A DNA stretch of 25,770 nt, from contig JBHLNT010000004.1 of assembly GCA_048941265.1 (NCBI GenBank), positions 55,332 to 81,101 of the forward strand, given 5' to 3'. Source of the DNA: Promethearchaeota archaeon (lineage in GTDB: Archaea > Asgardarchaeota > Lokiarchaeia > Sigyniarchaeales > SOKP01). The stretch's first letter is position 1, and each line of letters begins with the position of its first letter. This document shows, one piece after another, positions 17,002 through 25,452 of this stretch. The notes below the pieces were generated by a model. That model was not told the origin of the DNA. It did not search any database and saw nothing but the letters and a program-made list of their open reading frames with translations. The position numbers and the translations under genes are program-made.

Positions 17002-18498
17002 TTATATTGGTATTTCATAAATTTGAAAAAATTTATTCTTTAAATATTCAATAAAACAATTTGGATTAAGAGATTCCCCTGTAATTTTCTTTATTAAATA
17101 ATTTGGGCGATAAATTTTACCATATTGGTAAATATTCTCTTTTAAATACGAGATTAGATTATTGTACTGACCGTTTTTAATCTCATCCCCAATTTCAGGT
17201 TGTTTTTTTAAAATTTCAAAATAAATCTGCGCTGAATAAAGATTACCAAGAATATAGGATGGAAAATATCCAAATATCCCTTCAGACCAATGGACATCTT
17301 GTAAAATACCCTTAGAATCATCTGATGGAATAATGCCCAATAATTCATCCATCTTAGTATTCCATAATTCAGGTAAATCTGAAATTGGAAAATTTTCATT
17401 TATAATCACTTTTTCTAACTCAAATCGGAGTATTATATGCAAATTATAGGTTACCTCATCGGCCTCTACTCGAATTAAAGAGGGTTGAACTCTATTTAAT
17501 GATCGATAAAAATCTTTCTCAGGATAGTTTGTCAAGTGTTTGGGGAAATATTCTTGAAGAGTTGGATACCAATGATTCCAAAATTGCCAACTATGGCCAA
17601 TAATGTACTCCCACATTTGAGATTGAGATTCATGAAATCCAAAAGAGCTTCCATCTGCTAGAATTGTATCCTTGATTTGTTCCATGTAATTCATATCATA
17701 TATCGCATGCCCATACTCATGAAGTGCCCCAAAAATTCCAGTTGGCAGATAATTTTCTTTAAATCTAGTTGTGATTCTTGTATCCATCGATGATACATTA
17801 CTTGTAAAAGGATGAATTGAGTTATCTAATCTCCCGATATTAAAATTGAAATTTAGCTTATTAAGGATTTCTAAAACGAATTTGAGTTGTTTTTGTGGAT
17901 CATAAGATTTTTTTAAAATTAATTGATCCGGGTGCTCGTTTGAAGATTTTAATTTTTTTAAAATCTCAATTATATTCAATTTTAATTTATTGAAAATTCG
18001 GGTTAACCATTCCGATGAGGTATCTGGTTCATATAAATCAATCAAGGAATCATAGAGAGAAGAACCAATATCAAGCTTATTAGCATACTCTCGTTTTATT
18101 TCTACTATTTTTTCGAGGTAAGGCTGAAAAATCTTAAAATTGTTCTCGTTATGAGCTTTTTCCCATGCTTGCTGGCCTAATGAAGCAGCTTTAGCCATTT
18201 TTTTGATTAATCGATTAGGAACTTTCTTAGCAATTCCATAATCCCTTATTGCTTCTCTTAGATAGGCTTGTTCAATAAGGTCTAGGTTTTTTGTTTTATT
18301 GGCTAGTCCTAATAACCTTTTAGTTTTATAGGAGACTAGTTTATTGTGAATTAATCCTTGAACTAAAGCTGTCTGCTCAGATCTTATCCGATTAGAATCA
18401 ATAGGCATATAAGTTTGTTGATCCCAATTTAAAAGTGCTCTAATATTTCTCAGTTTATTAATTTCATCAAAATGTTCTTTAAGTTTTGTAATTGGCAT
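17002..18498 (-). CDS. Carboxypeptidase, M32 family (copy 1)
   Basis: WDQQTYMP, HPF, DTRITT, HEYGH (HEXXH), HESQS, IRVEADE.TY.LH, GILQDVHW, GYFPSY; AGGAG RBS at 18511-18515. Confidence 0.94.
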   Translation of the reverse strand: MPITKLKEHFDEINKLRNIRALLNWDQQTYMPIDSNRIRSEQTALVQGLIHNKLVSYKTKRLLGLANKTKNLDLIEQAYLREAIRDYGIAKKVPNRLIKKMAKAASLGQQAWEKAHNENNFKIFQPYLEKIVEIKREYANKLDIGSSLYDSLIDLYEPDTSSEWLTRIFNKLKLNIIEILKKLKSSNEHPDQLILKKSYDPQKQLKFVLEILNKLNFNFNIGRLDNSIHPFTSNVSSMDTRITTRFKENYLPTGIFGALHEYGHAIYDMNYMEQIKDTILADGSSFGFHESQSQMWEYIIGHSWQFWNHWYPTLQEYFPKHLTNYPEKDFYRSLNRVQPSLIRVEADEVTYNLHIILRFELEKVIINENFPISDLPELWNTKMDELLGIIPSDDSKGILQDVHWSEGIFGYFPSYILGNLYSAQIYFEILKKQPEIGDEIKNGQYNNLISYLKENIYQYGKIYRPNYLIKKITGESLNPNCFIEYLKNKFFQIYEIPI

Positions 18499-18538
18499 AA
18501 GTATTAATTTCTCCTAAAAATTATCATAATATTAGGAA

Positions 18539-20053
18539 TTATATTCCATAGATAGGGTAAAATTTAGCTTCTAAATATTGTATGAAATATTTAGGATTTA
18601 ATTTTTCACCAGTTACCTTCTTAATTAAATCAAGGGGTCTATAAATTCTCCCATATTGGTGTATATTCTCTCTTAGATAATTTAGTAAATTGTTGAAATT
18701 CCCATTTTTAAAATCTTCAGGCAACTTGGGATTCATCTTCAATGCATGATTATATATCTGTGATGCATAAAGATTTCCTAAGGTATAGGTTGGAAAATAA
18801 CCGAAAGCTCCACTAGACCAATGCACGTCTTGTAAAATACCTTTAGCATCATCCGGAGGAGTAATATTTAATAATTTTTCCATTTTAAAATTCCATATAT
18901 CAGGTAATTCAGAGATGTTTAGATTATCACTATTGTTAATGAGTTCTTTTTCCAATTCAAATCTTAATATAATATGTAATCCATAAGTCACCTCATCAGC
19001 TTCTACTCTGATAAAAGTTGGTTGCACTACATTAATAGATCGGTAAAATTCATATTCAGGGTAACCATTTAGATTTTCTGGAAAATATTTTTGAGCAATT
19101 GGATACAAATAATTCCAAAATTCTTTGCTGCGCCCAACTATATTTTCCCATAATCTAGATTGAGATTCATGAAAACCTAAACTACTTCCATCGGCTAAAA
19201 AAGTATCATAAAGCTCTTCCATAAATCCCATTTCATATAGTGCATGGCCACATTCATGTATCGTTCCGAACAAACAAGCTGGAAGAAAATTTTCCCAAAT
19301 ACGAGTCGTTATCCTTGTATCCATAGATGATACTGAAGCAGTGAAAGGATGAACTGATTTATCTTGGCGTCCCCTATCAAAATTAAAATTTAGTTTCTTA
19401 ATAACTTCCATGCTTAAGTTCCATTGTTTAACTGGATCATAGTATTTTTTTAAAATTTCTTGATTAGGGTGATCAGAGCCAGAAGTCCCTATTTTGTGAA
19501 TGATTTTCATTAATATAGTCTTCAAATCTGTAAACAATTTTGAAATCCAATCGGATTTTGCATCTGGCTCATATATATCTATTAATGAATCATATAAGGT
19601 AGGGCCAATATCAATTTTTTCAGCATATTCTCTTTCTAATTTAACCATCTTTTCGAGATATGGTTCAAACATTGAAAAATCGCTTTTAGCCTTTGCTTTT
19701 TCCCATACTTGTTGTCCTAGTGATGCTGTTTTGGCTATTTCGGTGACTAATTCGACAGGTATTTTAATTGCTCTATCATATTTTCTTTTCGCTTCTCTCA
19801 ATAGTGCGGAATCTATTAAATTAAGATTTTTTTCATTCTCGGCTTTCTTAATTAATTCTCCTGTTTTATTTGAAATTAACTTCTTATGACTTATTGATTC
19901 AATTAATGCGATTTGTTCAGACCTCCCTTTAGCAGCACCTTCCGATTTTGGCATGTAAACTTGGAGATCCCAGCCCAGAAGTGTACTTATGTAATGGAGC
20001 CTCATTAATTCCGTAAATCGTTCCCTAAGTTCTTTAATTATGCTCATAAACAC
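18539..20053 (-). CDS. Carboxypeptidase, M32 family (copy 2); start GTG 20053 or ATG 20047
   Basis: WDLQVYMP, HPF, DTRITT, HECGH, HESQSRLWEN, IRVEADEVTY, GILQDVHW, GYFPTY. Confidence 0.95.
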   Translation of the reverse strand: MFMSIIKELRERFTELMRLHYISTLLGWDLQVYMPKSEGAAKGRSEQIALIESISHKKLISNKTGELIKKAENEKNLNLIDSALLREAKRKYDRAIKIPVELVTEIAKTASLGQQVWEKAKAKSDFSMFEPYLEKMVKLEREYAEKIDIGPTLYDSLIDIYEPDAKSDWISKLFTDLKTILMKIIHKIGTSGSDHPNQEILKKYYDPVKQWNLSMEVIKKLNFNFDRGRQDKSVHPFTASVSSMDTRITTRIWENFLPACLFGTIHECGHALYEMGFMEELYDTFLADGSSLGFHESQSRLWENIVGRSKEFWNYLYPIAQKYFPENLNGYPEYEFYRSINVVQPTFIRVEADEVTYGLHIILRFELEKELINNSDNLNISELPDIWNFKMEKLLNITPPDDAKGILQDVHWSSGAFGYFPTYTLGNLYASQIYNHALKMNPKLPEDFKNGNFNNLLNYLRENIHQYGRIYRPLDLIKKVTGEKLNPKYFIQYLEAKFYPIYGI

Positions 20054-20190
20054 GGCCTCTTAACAAGTTTTCATTTCCAATATTTTTTTTTCTCAATTAA
20101 GATTTATATCTCAAATTTAATAAAAAGTAAGATTAAATTTTAAAAAAAGTAATAGTCTATAAACTATAAAAAAGTATTAAGATTTCAATT

Positions 20191-21858
20191 TTACCATATT
20201 GCTTTTTCCTTTTTATAAAAAATTTCAGCTGCAAGTTGAATGTCTTCAATAGTTAATGGCTCTCCTGATGCTTCAGTCATTTCTTTTATAAAAAATTCAC
20301 ATAAATCAATATTTAAATCAGTACCCTTATTCTTTATCAATTGCTGTAGCTGATTTTTAAGAGCTAATTTTTTCTCGGCAATCATTTCCGTTTTTTCTTC
20401 TTGAGTTTTAATAGAGATAGGGGCTGGTTTTGGTTGCTCTTTAGATAATATTTTTTGAATAAATTCTTTCGGTTGTATTTTTTGAATTATTTCCTTTGGT
20501 TTTTGGACAATATCTGACTCTTGAACTTTTTTAATCACTTTTTTAGGTTCAATCGACGCAATCTGTTGAATTTTTTCAATTTTAGATTTTAAGTTAATCT
20601 TAATGTCTTCTGGTTTTAAGGATAACTTTCTTGGTTTCGAAGTTTGGCCCGACATTTGAGCTTTAATGGATGATTTACTCTTTTCCGTTGGCTTTAGAGA
20701 TGATTTCGTAGATATACTTTTAGTAGTTTTTTTAACCTCTGGACCTGCTTCTGGAAGGGACTTAACAGCAACTTTTTGCGTAAATTTAATTTTTTCTGGA
20801 GGCATAAATGTTTTATTGCTTGTTGGCATTCTATACTGCTTAGTTTGCTTTTCAATAATTAGCTTTATTTCATCGATTTTATTTTGAAACTGTTCTATGT
20901 ATGTAAAATTTTGAGATTCATTACAAATATTTATTAATTCCTCATATTTCATAATCGCAGCAGAAAAATTGCCTTGTGCGCTTAATTGTTCTGCTTCTCT
21001 TATTAAAATCTGGAAATTAGAGGGTAATACACTCTTTAATTTCAAAGCTTCTCTAATTAATGAATTAATTTCCTCTAATACGTTCTTAGGATCAATTAAA
21101 GAGATTTTTTTAATCTCTGCTATATTTACTATATTCCTCATTTCTTCAAATTGCTCATCAAATACGAGATCTGATTTATTTGCTAATATTAATAAATTAG
21201 AATATTTTGAATGCGTTTCTTTTAAGTTAATAAAATATTGAATCAATTTTGGCCCATAATCTTTAGAATCAAAAATAAGAATAATTAAATCTGATCCTCC
21301 TAAAAATTTAGGCCATAATAGAGAAAAATTATCTTTAAGGATAAAATCCCAGATATCAAAGCTTAAATTATCAATTTCGTAGCTTGCAGAATTAGCAAAA
21401 TCCATAATTGTTTTTTCTTGACCACTTTTCAATGAATTATATAAGGTTGTTTTCCCAGAATTAGTTGGACCTATAATTGCAATTTTAGAATGTAGATTTT
21501 TTTGAGCTTGATAAATAGATTTAATAAATTCACTTCTTTCTGAGCTTGATTCTTTTAAATCTTCCGGATTGGGAAAAAAAACTTTAAATCTATTTATAAT
21601 TTCTAAAAAGATATCATTAACATAATCAAATGAATCCGTTAAATCTACTATAATTAAAAAATATGTATTTCCATAAGATCTGTGAAATATCTGAAATTTG
21701 AAGATAGTGCGGTAAAGAGTTTGACCCGGAGTAGGGAGTATCATGTCTGGTTCTACTATCTCCATCGTTTTTTCTAGTTCTTCGGGTCCTAAAGCTAAAG
21801 CAAGAGTATGACTAAAGATTTTATTTTGATTATGAAAAATGTAAACTTGTCTTAGCAT
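20191..21858 (-). CDS. Multidomain protein: longin-like N-domain, Arf-like small GTPase domain (degenerate switch motifs), MIT/TPR-like helices, Lys/Pro/Ser-rich linker and small helical C-domain
   Basis: Residues 1-120 show a longin-like strand/helix pattern (MLRQVYIF..., YFLIIVDLTD..F.EIINRF). G1 GPTNSGKT (130-137), IWDF (169-172), FSLLWPKFLGGSDLIILIFDS, G4 ANKSD (226-230). Then EAEQLSAQGNFSAAIMKYEELINIC (288-312). Confidence 0.75.
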   Translation of the reverse strand: MLRQVYIFHNQNKIFSHTLALALGPEELEKTMEIVEPDMILPTPGQTLYRTIFKFQIFHRSYGNTYFLIIVDLTDSFDYVNDIFLEIINRFKVFFPNPEDLKESSSERSEFIKSIYQAQKNLHSKIAIIGPTNSGKTTLYNSLKSGQEKTIMDFANSASYEIDNLSFDIWDFILKDNFSLLWPKFLGGSDLIILIFDSKDYGPKLIQYFINLKETHSKYSNLLILANKSDLVFDEQFEEMRNIVNIAEIKKISLIDPKNVLEEINSLIREALKLKSVLPSNFQILIREAEQLSAQGNFSAAIMKYEELINICNESQNFTYIEQFQNKIDEIKLIIEKQTKQYRMPTSNKTFMPPEKIKFTQKVAVKSLPEAGPEVKKTTKSISTKSSLKPTEKSKSSIKAQMSGQTSKPRKLSLKPEDIKINLKSKIEKIQQIASIEPKKVIKKVQESDIVQKPKEIIQKIQPKEFIQKILSKEQPKPAPISIKTQEEKTEMIAEKKLALKNQLQQLIKNKGTDLNIDLCEFFIKEMTEASGEPLTIEDIQLAAEIFYKKEKAIW

Positions 21859-22021
21859 ATAAATTCCCTTCTATTTTAACCTATCTTTGAAAAACATAAA
21901 AAAGTTTTCCTTAATAACTTTTTATAATTAAAAAATTGAAACTGAGATAAAATTCTTAAATAATCATCCTATAAAATAAGATAAAGAAAACCAATAACAA
22001 TATATTTGAAGTGTCAAAATT

Positions 22022-22204
22022 ATGAATAATAAAGAGAATTTTATGAATTGGGTCAATCCAGGAATTGTATTGATTACTGGTTCTTCTTGAGGAATAGGAG
22101 CAGAATTCGCCCGTGAAGAAGCAAGTCAAGGTTTTGATTTAATCGTAGTTGCTCGGAGATTAGATAAATTAAAAGCCCTAAGTATAGAGTTAGAGATGTT
22201 GTGA
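22022..22204 (+). pseudogene. Truncated short-chain dehydrogenase/reductase (SDR) N-terminal remnant
   Basis: MNNKENFMNWVNPGIVLITGSS*GIGAEFAREEASQGFDLIVVARRLDKLKALSIELEML*: the Rossmann TGxxxGIG motif is interrupted by TGA at 22088-22090 and the frame ends at TGA 22202-22204, with no catalytic domain. Confidence 0.85.
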
Positions 22205-22247
22205 GTAATTTTTATATAGATATTAAAGATAAATAATAAATCTATTC

Positions 22248-22961
22248 CTATCTTATTTTTATTTTCTCAACAATTTCATCCCAGAAAGGGCTATTATATT
22301 CACCAGAATAAAAAACTTCTTCAATTTTTAATTTTAGAGCATTTGTGGGACATATAGAATAACATGCTCCACAATACACACATTTACTAGGATAAATCTC
22401 CATTTTTAAATCCTGTTCCCATCCTTTATCTATACTTGTGATATCTGAACCGATGTTAATAGCTCCCGAGGGACAAATTTTTGCACAATTGTAGCACCCT
22501 GTATTACATAATAAAGTATCAATTTCTAAACTTCCCTTTGTATAGACTTTTGCGTTTCTACCTGATTCTAATTCAACAATTTTATAATTAAGTTGTGGAA
22601 TTGCTCTCATCTCAACTAATTTGATCTCATTCGGTAGTATTATCTCATCATTAACATGAATTCTTAAAGCATCAAATGGACATAGATATGTACACAACCC
22701 ACAAAATACACATTTCAATGGATCATGAATGAATGGCACATAATAATGCTTTTTTTTATAAATAATTTGTTTTCCAAAAAAATTTTGTGGACCTTCCGGG
22801 GTATACTTAACAAGGGCTTCTTTTGGACAAATTCGAACACATACACAACAACCTGTGCATTTTTCTCTGTCTAAAATTAATTCTATTTGCTCTTTTAGAA
22901 ACTTTATTTGAACTATATCCTTATCTCCTATGCTCTCTCTTGTGACCTTAGGATATGACAT
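22248..22961 (-). CDS. Polyferredoxin with four [4Fe-4S] motifs (FwdF-like)
   Basis: CTGCCVCVRICP, CVFCGLCTYLCP, CNTGCYNCAKICP, CVYCGACYSICP; L.LDREKC start resembles FwdF-type polyferredoxins. Confidence 0.85.
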   Translation of the reverse strand: MSYPKVTRESIGDKDIVQIKFLKEQIELILDREKCTGCCVCVRICPKEALVKYTPEGPQNFFGKQIIYKKKHYYVPFIHDPLKCVFCGLCTYLCPFDALRIHVNDEIILPNEIKLVEMRAIPQLNYKIVELESGRNAKVYTKGSLEIDTLLCNTGCYNCAKICPSGAINIGSDITSIDKGWEQDLKMEIYPSKCVYCGACYSICPTNALKLKIEEVFYSGEYNSPFWDEIVEKIKIR

Positions 22962-23147
22962 AATTTTATAACCTTTATACTATAAAGAAAATCCTATATA
23001 TAGAACTTTCGATCAATCTTATAAAAAATATTTTAATTATTATCAAAAGAAAAGAAATATAATATTAGCAACAAATTATTTAAAAAAATAATAAACAATA
23101 TTAGATCTCGCTGTTTTATTTTCCATGAAAAAATCAAAATTGAAATT

Positions 23148-24104
23148 ATGCCCTTAGAACCTAATCATATCTCAAAATTTCTTGGAAACACCATAAATGA
23201 CAAATTTAATTCAGAACTTTTAGACCTGATTATCAAAAGGATTCATAAATTATGTTTTGAAGAGTGCCAAATTGACCGAATTCAATGTACTCTTACTCCT
23301 TTATGTACAAGGAGATTCCTATTGAAGTTAAGAATTAAGAATGGACTTCTCCTAGAGGATTTGCCAAAGTTTTGCTATAGTGTCCAAAAAAACATAGTGC
23401 TGAGAGATTTCAGAGGGAAAACTGTAGTTTATAGACCCATTGATGCGTATCTCTATTTAGTTGATTTTTTAGATATTTTTTTCCATGGAGATTATAGAAA
23501 ATTAAACAAATTCATTTCATTTCAGAACTGGAGTGAAGCATTAGAAATATTTGATGATCGGATTAAAAATCGAAATGAAAATTTTCGTTATCATTTGAAA
23601 GGAAATTATCTGATATTTAAATATGATGATCGGCTCCATATTGTTTTCGTGGATGAAAAATATGTATTATGTAATGCAAATAGGGAAAATATCGCAAGCC
23701 TCGAATTATTATGGGCAATCTGTGAATTTTATGCAAAATTATATTTTCCTGAAATAAAAGTAAAACTAATACAATCCGAACATGTAGAACTAACCTCAAT
23801 TTTGCCGAAAGATGTTATAAATAAAATATCTGAAGAACCCGTAGAAGCCGAAAATCCTTCAAAATTAGATCATTATTTTTGGAAAGTTTTTCATGAAGAT
23901 CTTGAAGGGATGCTGCAATTCTGTAAAGAAATTCATTTAGAATACGATTGGATGGGGAATTTATTAATTAAATTAGACATAAATTTGGAAACAAACAATT
24001 ATAATGAAAAAAGGAATAAAATTCAATTAAGATATAGGGATCTTCGGTTTTTACTGAATTTTATTCAGAGGTTATATAATGAATTTTATGTGATTTGGTT
24101 GTAA
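23148..24104 (+). CDS. Hypothetical protein with N-terminal Cys cluster
   Basis: 318-aa ORF with LCFEECQIDRIQCTLTPLCTRR...KFCYS; no family recognised. Confidence 0.75.
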   Translation: MPLEPNHISKFLGNTINDKFNSELLDLIIKRIHKLCFEECQIDRIQCTLTPLCTRRFLLKLRIKNGLLLEDLPKFCYSVQKNIVLRDFRGKTVVYRPIDAYLYLVDFLDIFFHGDYRKLNKFISFQNWSEALEIFDDRIKNRNENFRYHLKGNYLIFKYDDRLHIVFVDEKYVLCNANRENIASLELLWAICEFYAKLYFPEIKVKLIQSEHVELTSILPKDVINKISEEPVEAENPSKLDHYFWKVFHEDLEGMLQFCKEIHLEYDWMGNLLIKLDINLETNNYNEKRNKIQLRYRDLRFLLNFIQRLYNEFYVIWL

Positions 24105-24123
24105 AAAATCTAATAAATTAGAT

Positions 24124-25374
24124 GTGGTAAAAAATATGGCTGTTGTAAATAATGATAAAGATTTGATGGAAATGATTAAAAAAATGACAACAGAGGGGAA
24201 AATCGATGCTGTTGTCGAAAAAATTGCTAATTATCTGAGCCAATCAGATGAAGAAAATTCTATTGAAAGGTTAGAAAATGTTTTAGAAACAATTTCATCT
24301 ATAATGGGCGGTAGAACAGTTATTAGATTTTTGATTGAAAATTCGATAATAGATATACCCACAATGTTACAGAATCTCTCTAAACGGGATAATTTGCTAA
24401 GATACAGCATTTTGCTTAGTCTTAAAACAATAGTAGAGGAAGAAAGCGATTTATTTCTTCCATATAGCACAGAATTATTGAAATCTGAAGATCCTAATGT
24501 CCGCGAAGCACTATTACAATTATTGATATTTATAGTTGGAGGAGAAAAAGAAATTGAGGATGAGGAATTATTAGAATTGATTGCTTCTAAATTAATTGAT
24601 GATAGAGATTTCGTAATCGAGAAAGCAGTTCAAACGCTTAAGGCGATAGGAAAAAAAAATCCATCAATCATAACCCGAATTTTGAAAAAATATACAAAAG
24701 AATGTTCCGAAAATGAAGACTTAAAGAAAAGGGTAGATGAAATATTAAAATCAATTGTTACCGTTGAGAAAATTGAGGAAATAGTTGAAGAAGACGAATC
24801 TAAAATTGAAAAGCCTGTTGAAGAATTAGTAGAAAAGGAAAAAAAATTAGAAGAAAAAGAAATCGAATTAAAAGAAAAACAGAAAGAATTGGAAAATAAA
24901 GAAGTGGAATTAGAAGTCAAAGAAATTTTATCTAGTTTTGATTTGGCACAAACAGAAAAAGAAAAACAACTTAAAGAAAAAGAAATAGAATTACAAGAAA
25001 AAGAAATAGAATTACAAGAAAAGGAAATAAAAATTGAATTAGAGGAAAAAATCGACAAACAGGCTTTACCCAAAAAATTAATTAAAAAAGAAGCAGCCAT
25101 TTTAGATAAGGAAATTGAATTAAAAAAGAAAGAACTCGAATTTAAAAAAAAGAAATTAGAATTGGAAGAAAAAGAAAAAGAATTAGAAGCAATTGAGATA
25201 ATAGAAAAGCAAAAGGCATTAAAAATAAAGGAAGAATTAATTCATAGAGAAAAGGAATTGGAAGAAGTCGAAATTGATTTAAAAAAGAAATCTCTCGAGG
25301 AAAAAGAAAGAAAGATCAAGGAAGAGGAAGCTAAGAGAATAAGAGAGAAAATAACAGAATTAGAAAAAAAATAA
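24124..25374 (+). CDS. HEAT/ARM-repeat N-terminal domain fused to a long E/K-rich coiled-coil tail (start GTG 24124 or ATG 24136)
   Basis: LLKSEDPNVREALLQLL and LIDDRDFVIEKAVQTLKAIG are HEAT-like; the C-terminal ~200 aa are EKEIELK-type heptads. Confidence 0.8.
   Translation: MVKNMAVVNNDKDLMEMIKKMTTEGKIDAVVEKIANYLSQSDEENSIERLENVLETISSIMGGRTVIRFLIENSIIDIPTMLQNLSKRDNLLRYSILLSLKTIVEEESDLFLPYSTELLKSEDPNVREALLQLLIFIVGGEKEIEDEELLELIASKLIDDRDFVIEKAVQTLKAIGKKNPSIITRILKKYTKECSENEDLKKRVDEILKSIVTVEKIEEIVEEDESKIEKPVEELVEKEKKLEEKEIELKEKQKELENKEVELEVKEILSSFDLAQTEKEKQLKEKEIELQEKEIELQEKEIKIELEEKIDKQALPKKLIKKEAAILDKEIELKKKELEFKKKKLELEEKEKELEAIEIIEKQKALKIKEELIHREKELEEVEIDLKKKSLEEKERKIKEEEAKRIREKITELEKK
24976..25017 (+). 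repeat. Perfect 21-bp coding tandem repeat x2 (GAAAAAGAAATAGAATTACAA = EKEIELQ)
   Basis: Identical copies at 24976-24996 and 24997-25017, followed by a degenerate third copy (gaaaaggaaataaaaatt). Confidence 0.85.
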
Positions 25375-25452
25375 AATAATTAGTTTTTAAAATACTATGG
25401 TATCAACTGTTCATTAAAAATGTATAATTTGAAAGATAAAGATTAAAAAAGG

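Noticed and set aside
20121-20180. Three spaced taaaaa(a)gta motifs as a regulatory repeat
   Set aside because: Low-complexity A-tracts with irregular spacing; on the minus strand they are T-tracts downstream of the 20191..21858 gene, adequately explained as termination signals.
22088-22090. Selenocysteine recoding of the in-frame TGA in the SDR fragment
   Set aside because: The position is a variable non-Cys site in TGxxxGIG, and the frame ends 38 codons later without a catalytic domain, so a nonsense mutation is simpler.
4697-23799. Short nested or antisense ORFs in the track (4697, 7586, 8429, 10763, 11413, 12782, 13677, 13977, 15824, 16791, 17208, 19500, 20666, 20969, 23617)
   Set aside because: All overlap longer, well-supported genes and show no recognisable motifs.
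24231-25100. Minus-strand ORFs 24231..24470 and 24630..25100 (Ser/Phe-rich)
   Set aside because: Antisense shadows of the HEAT/coiled-coil gene; the Ser/Phe bias simply mirrors GAA/AAA codons.
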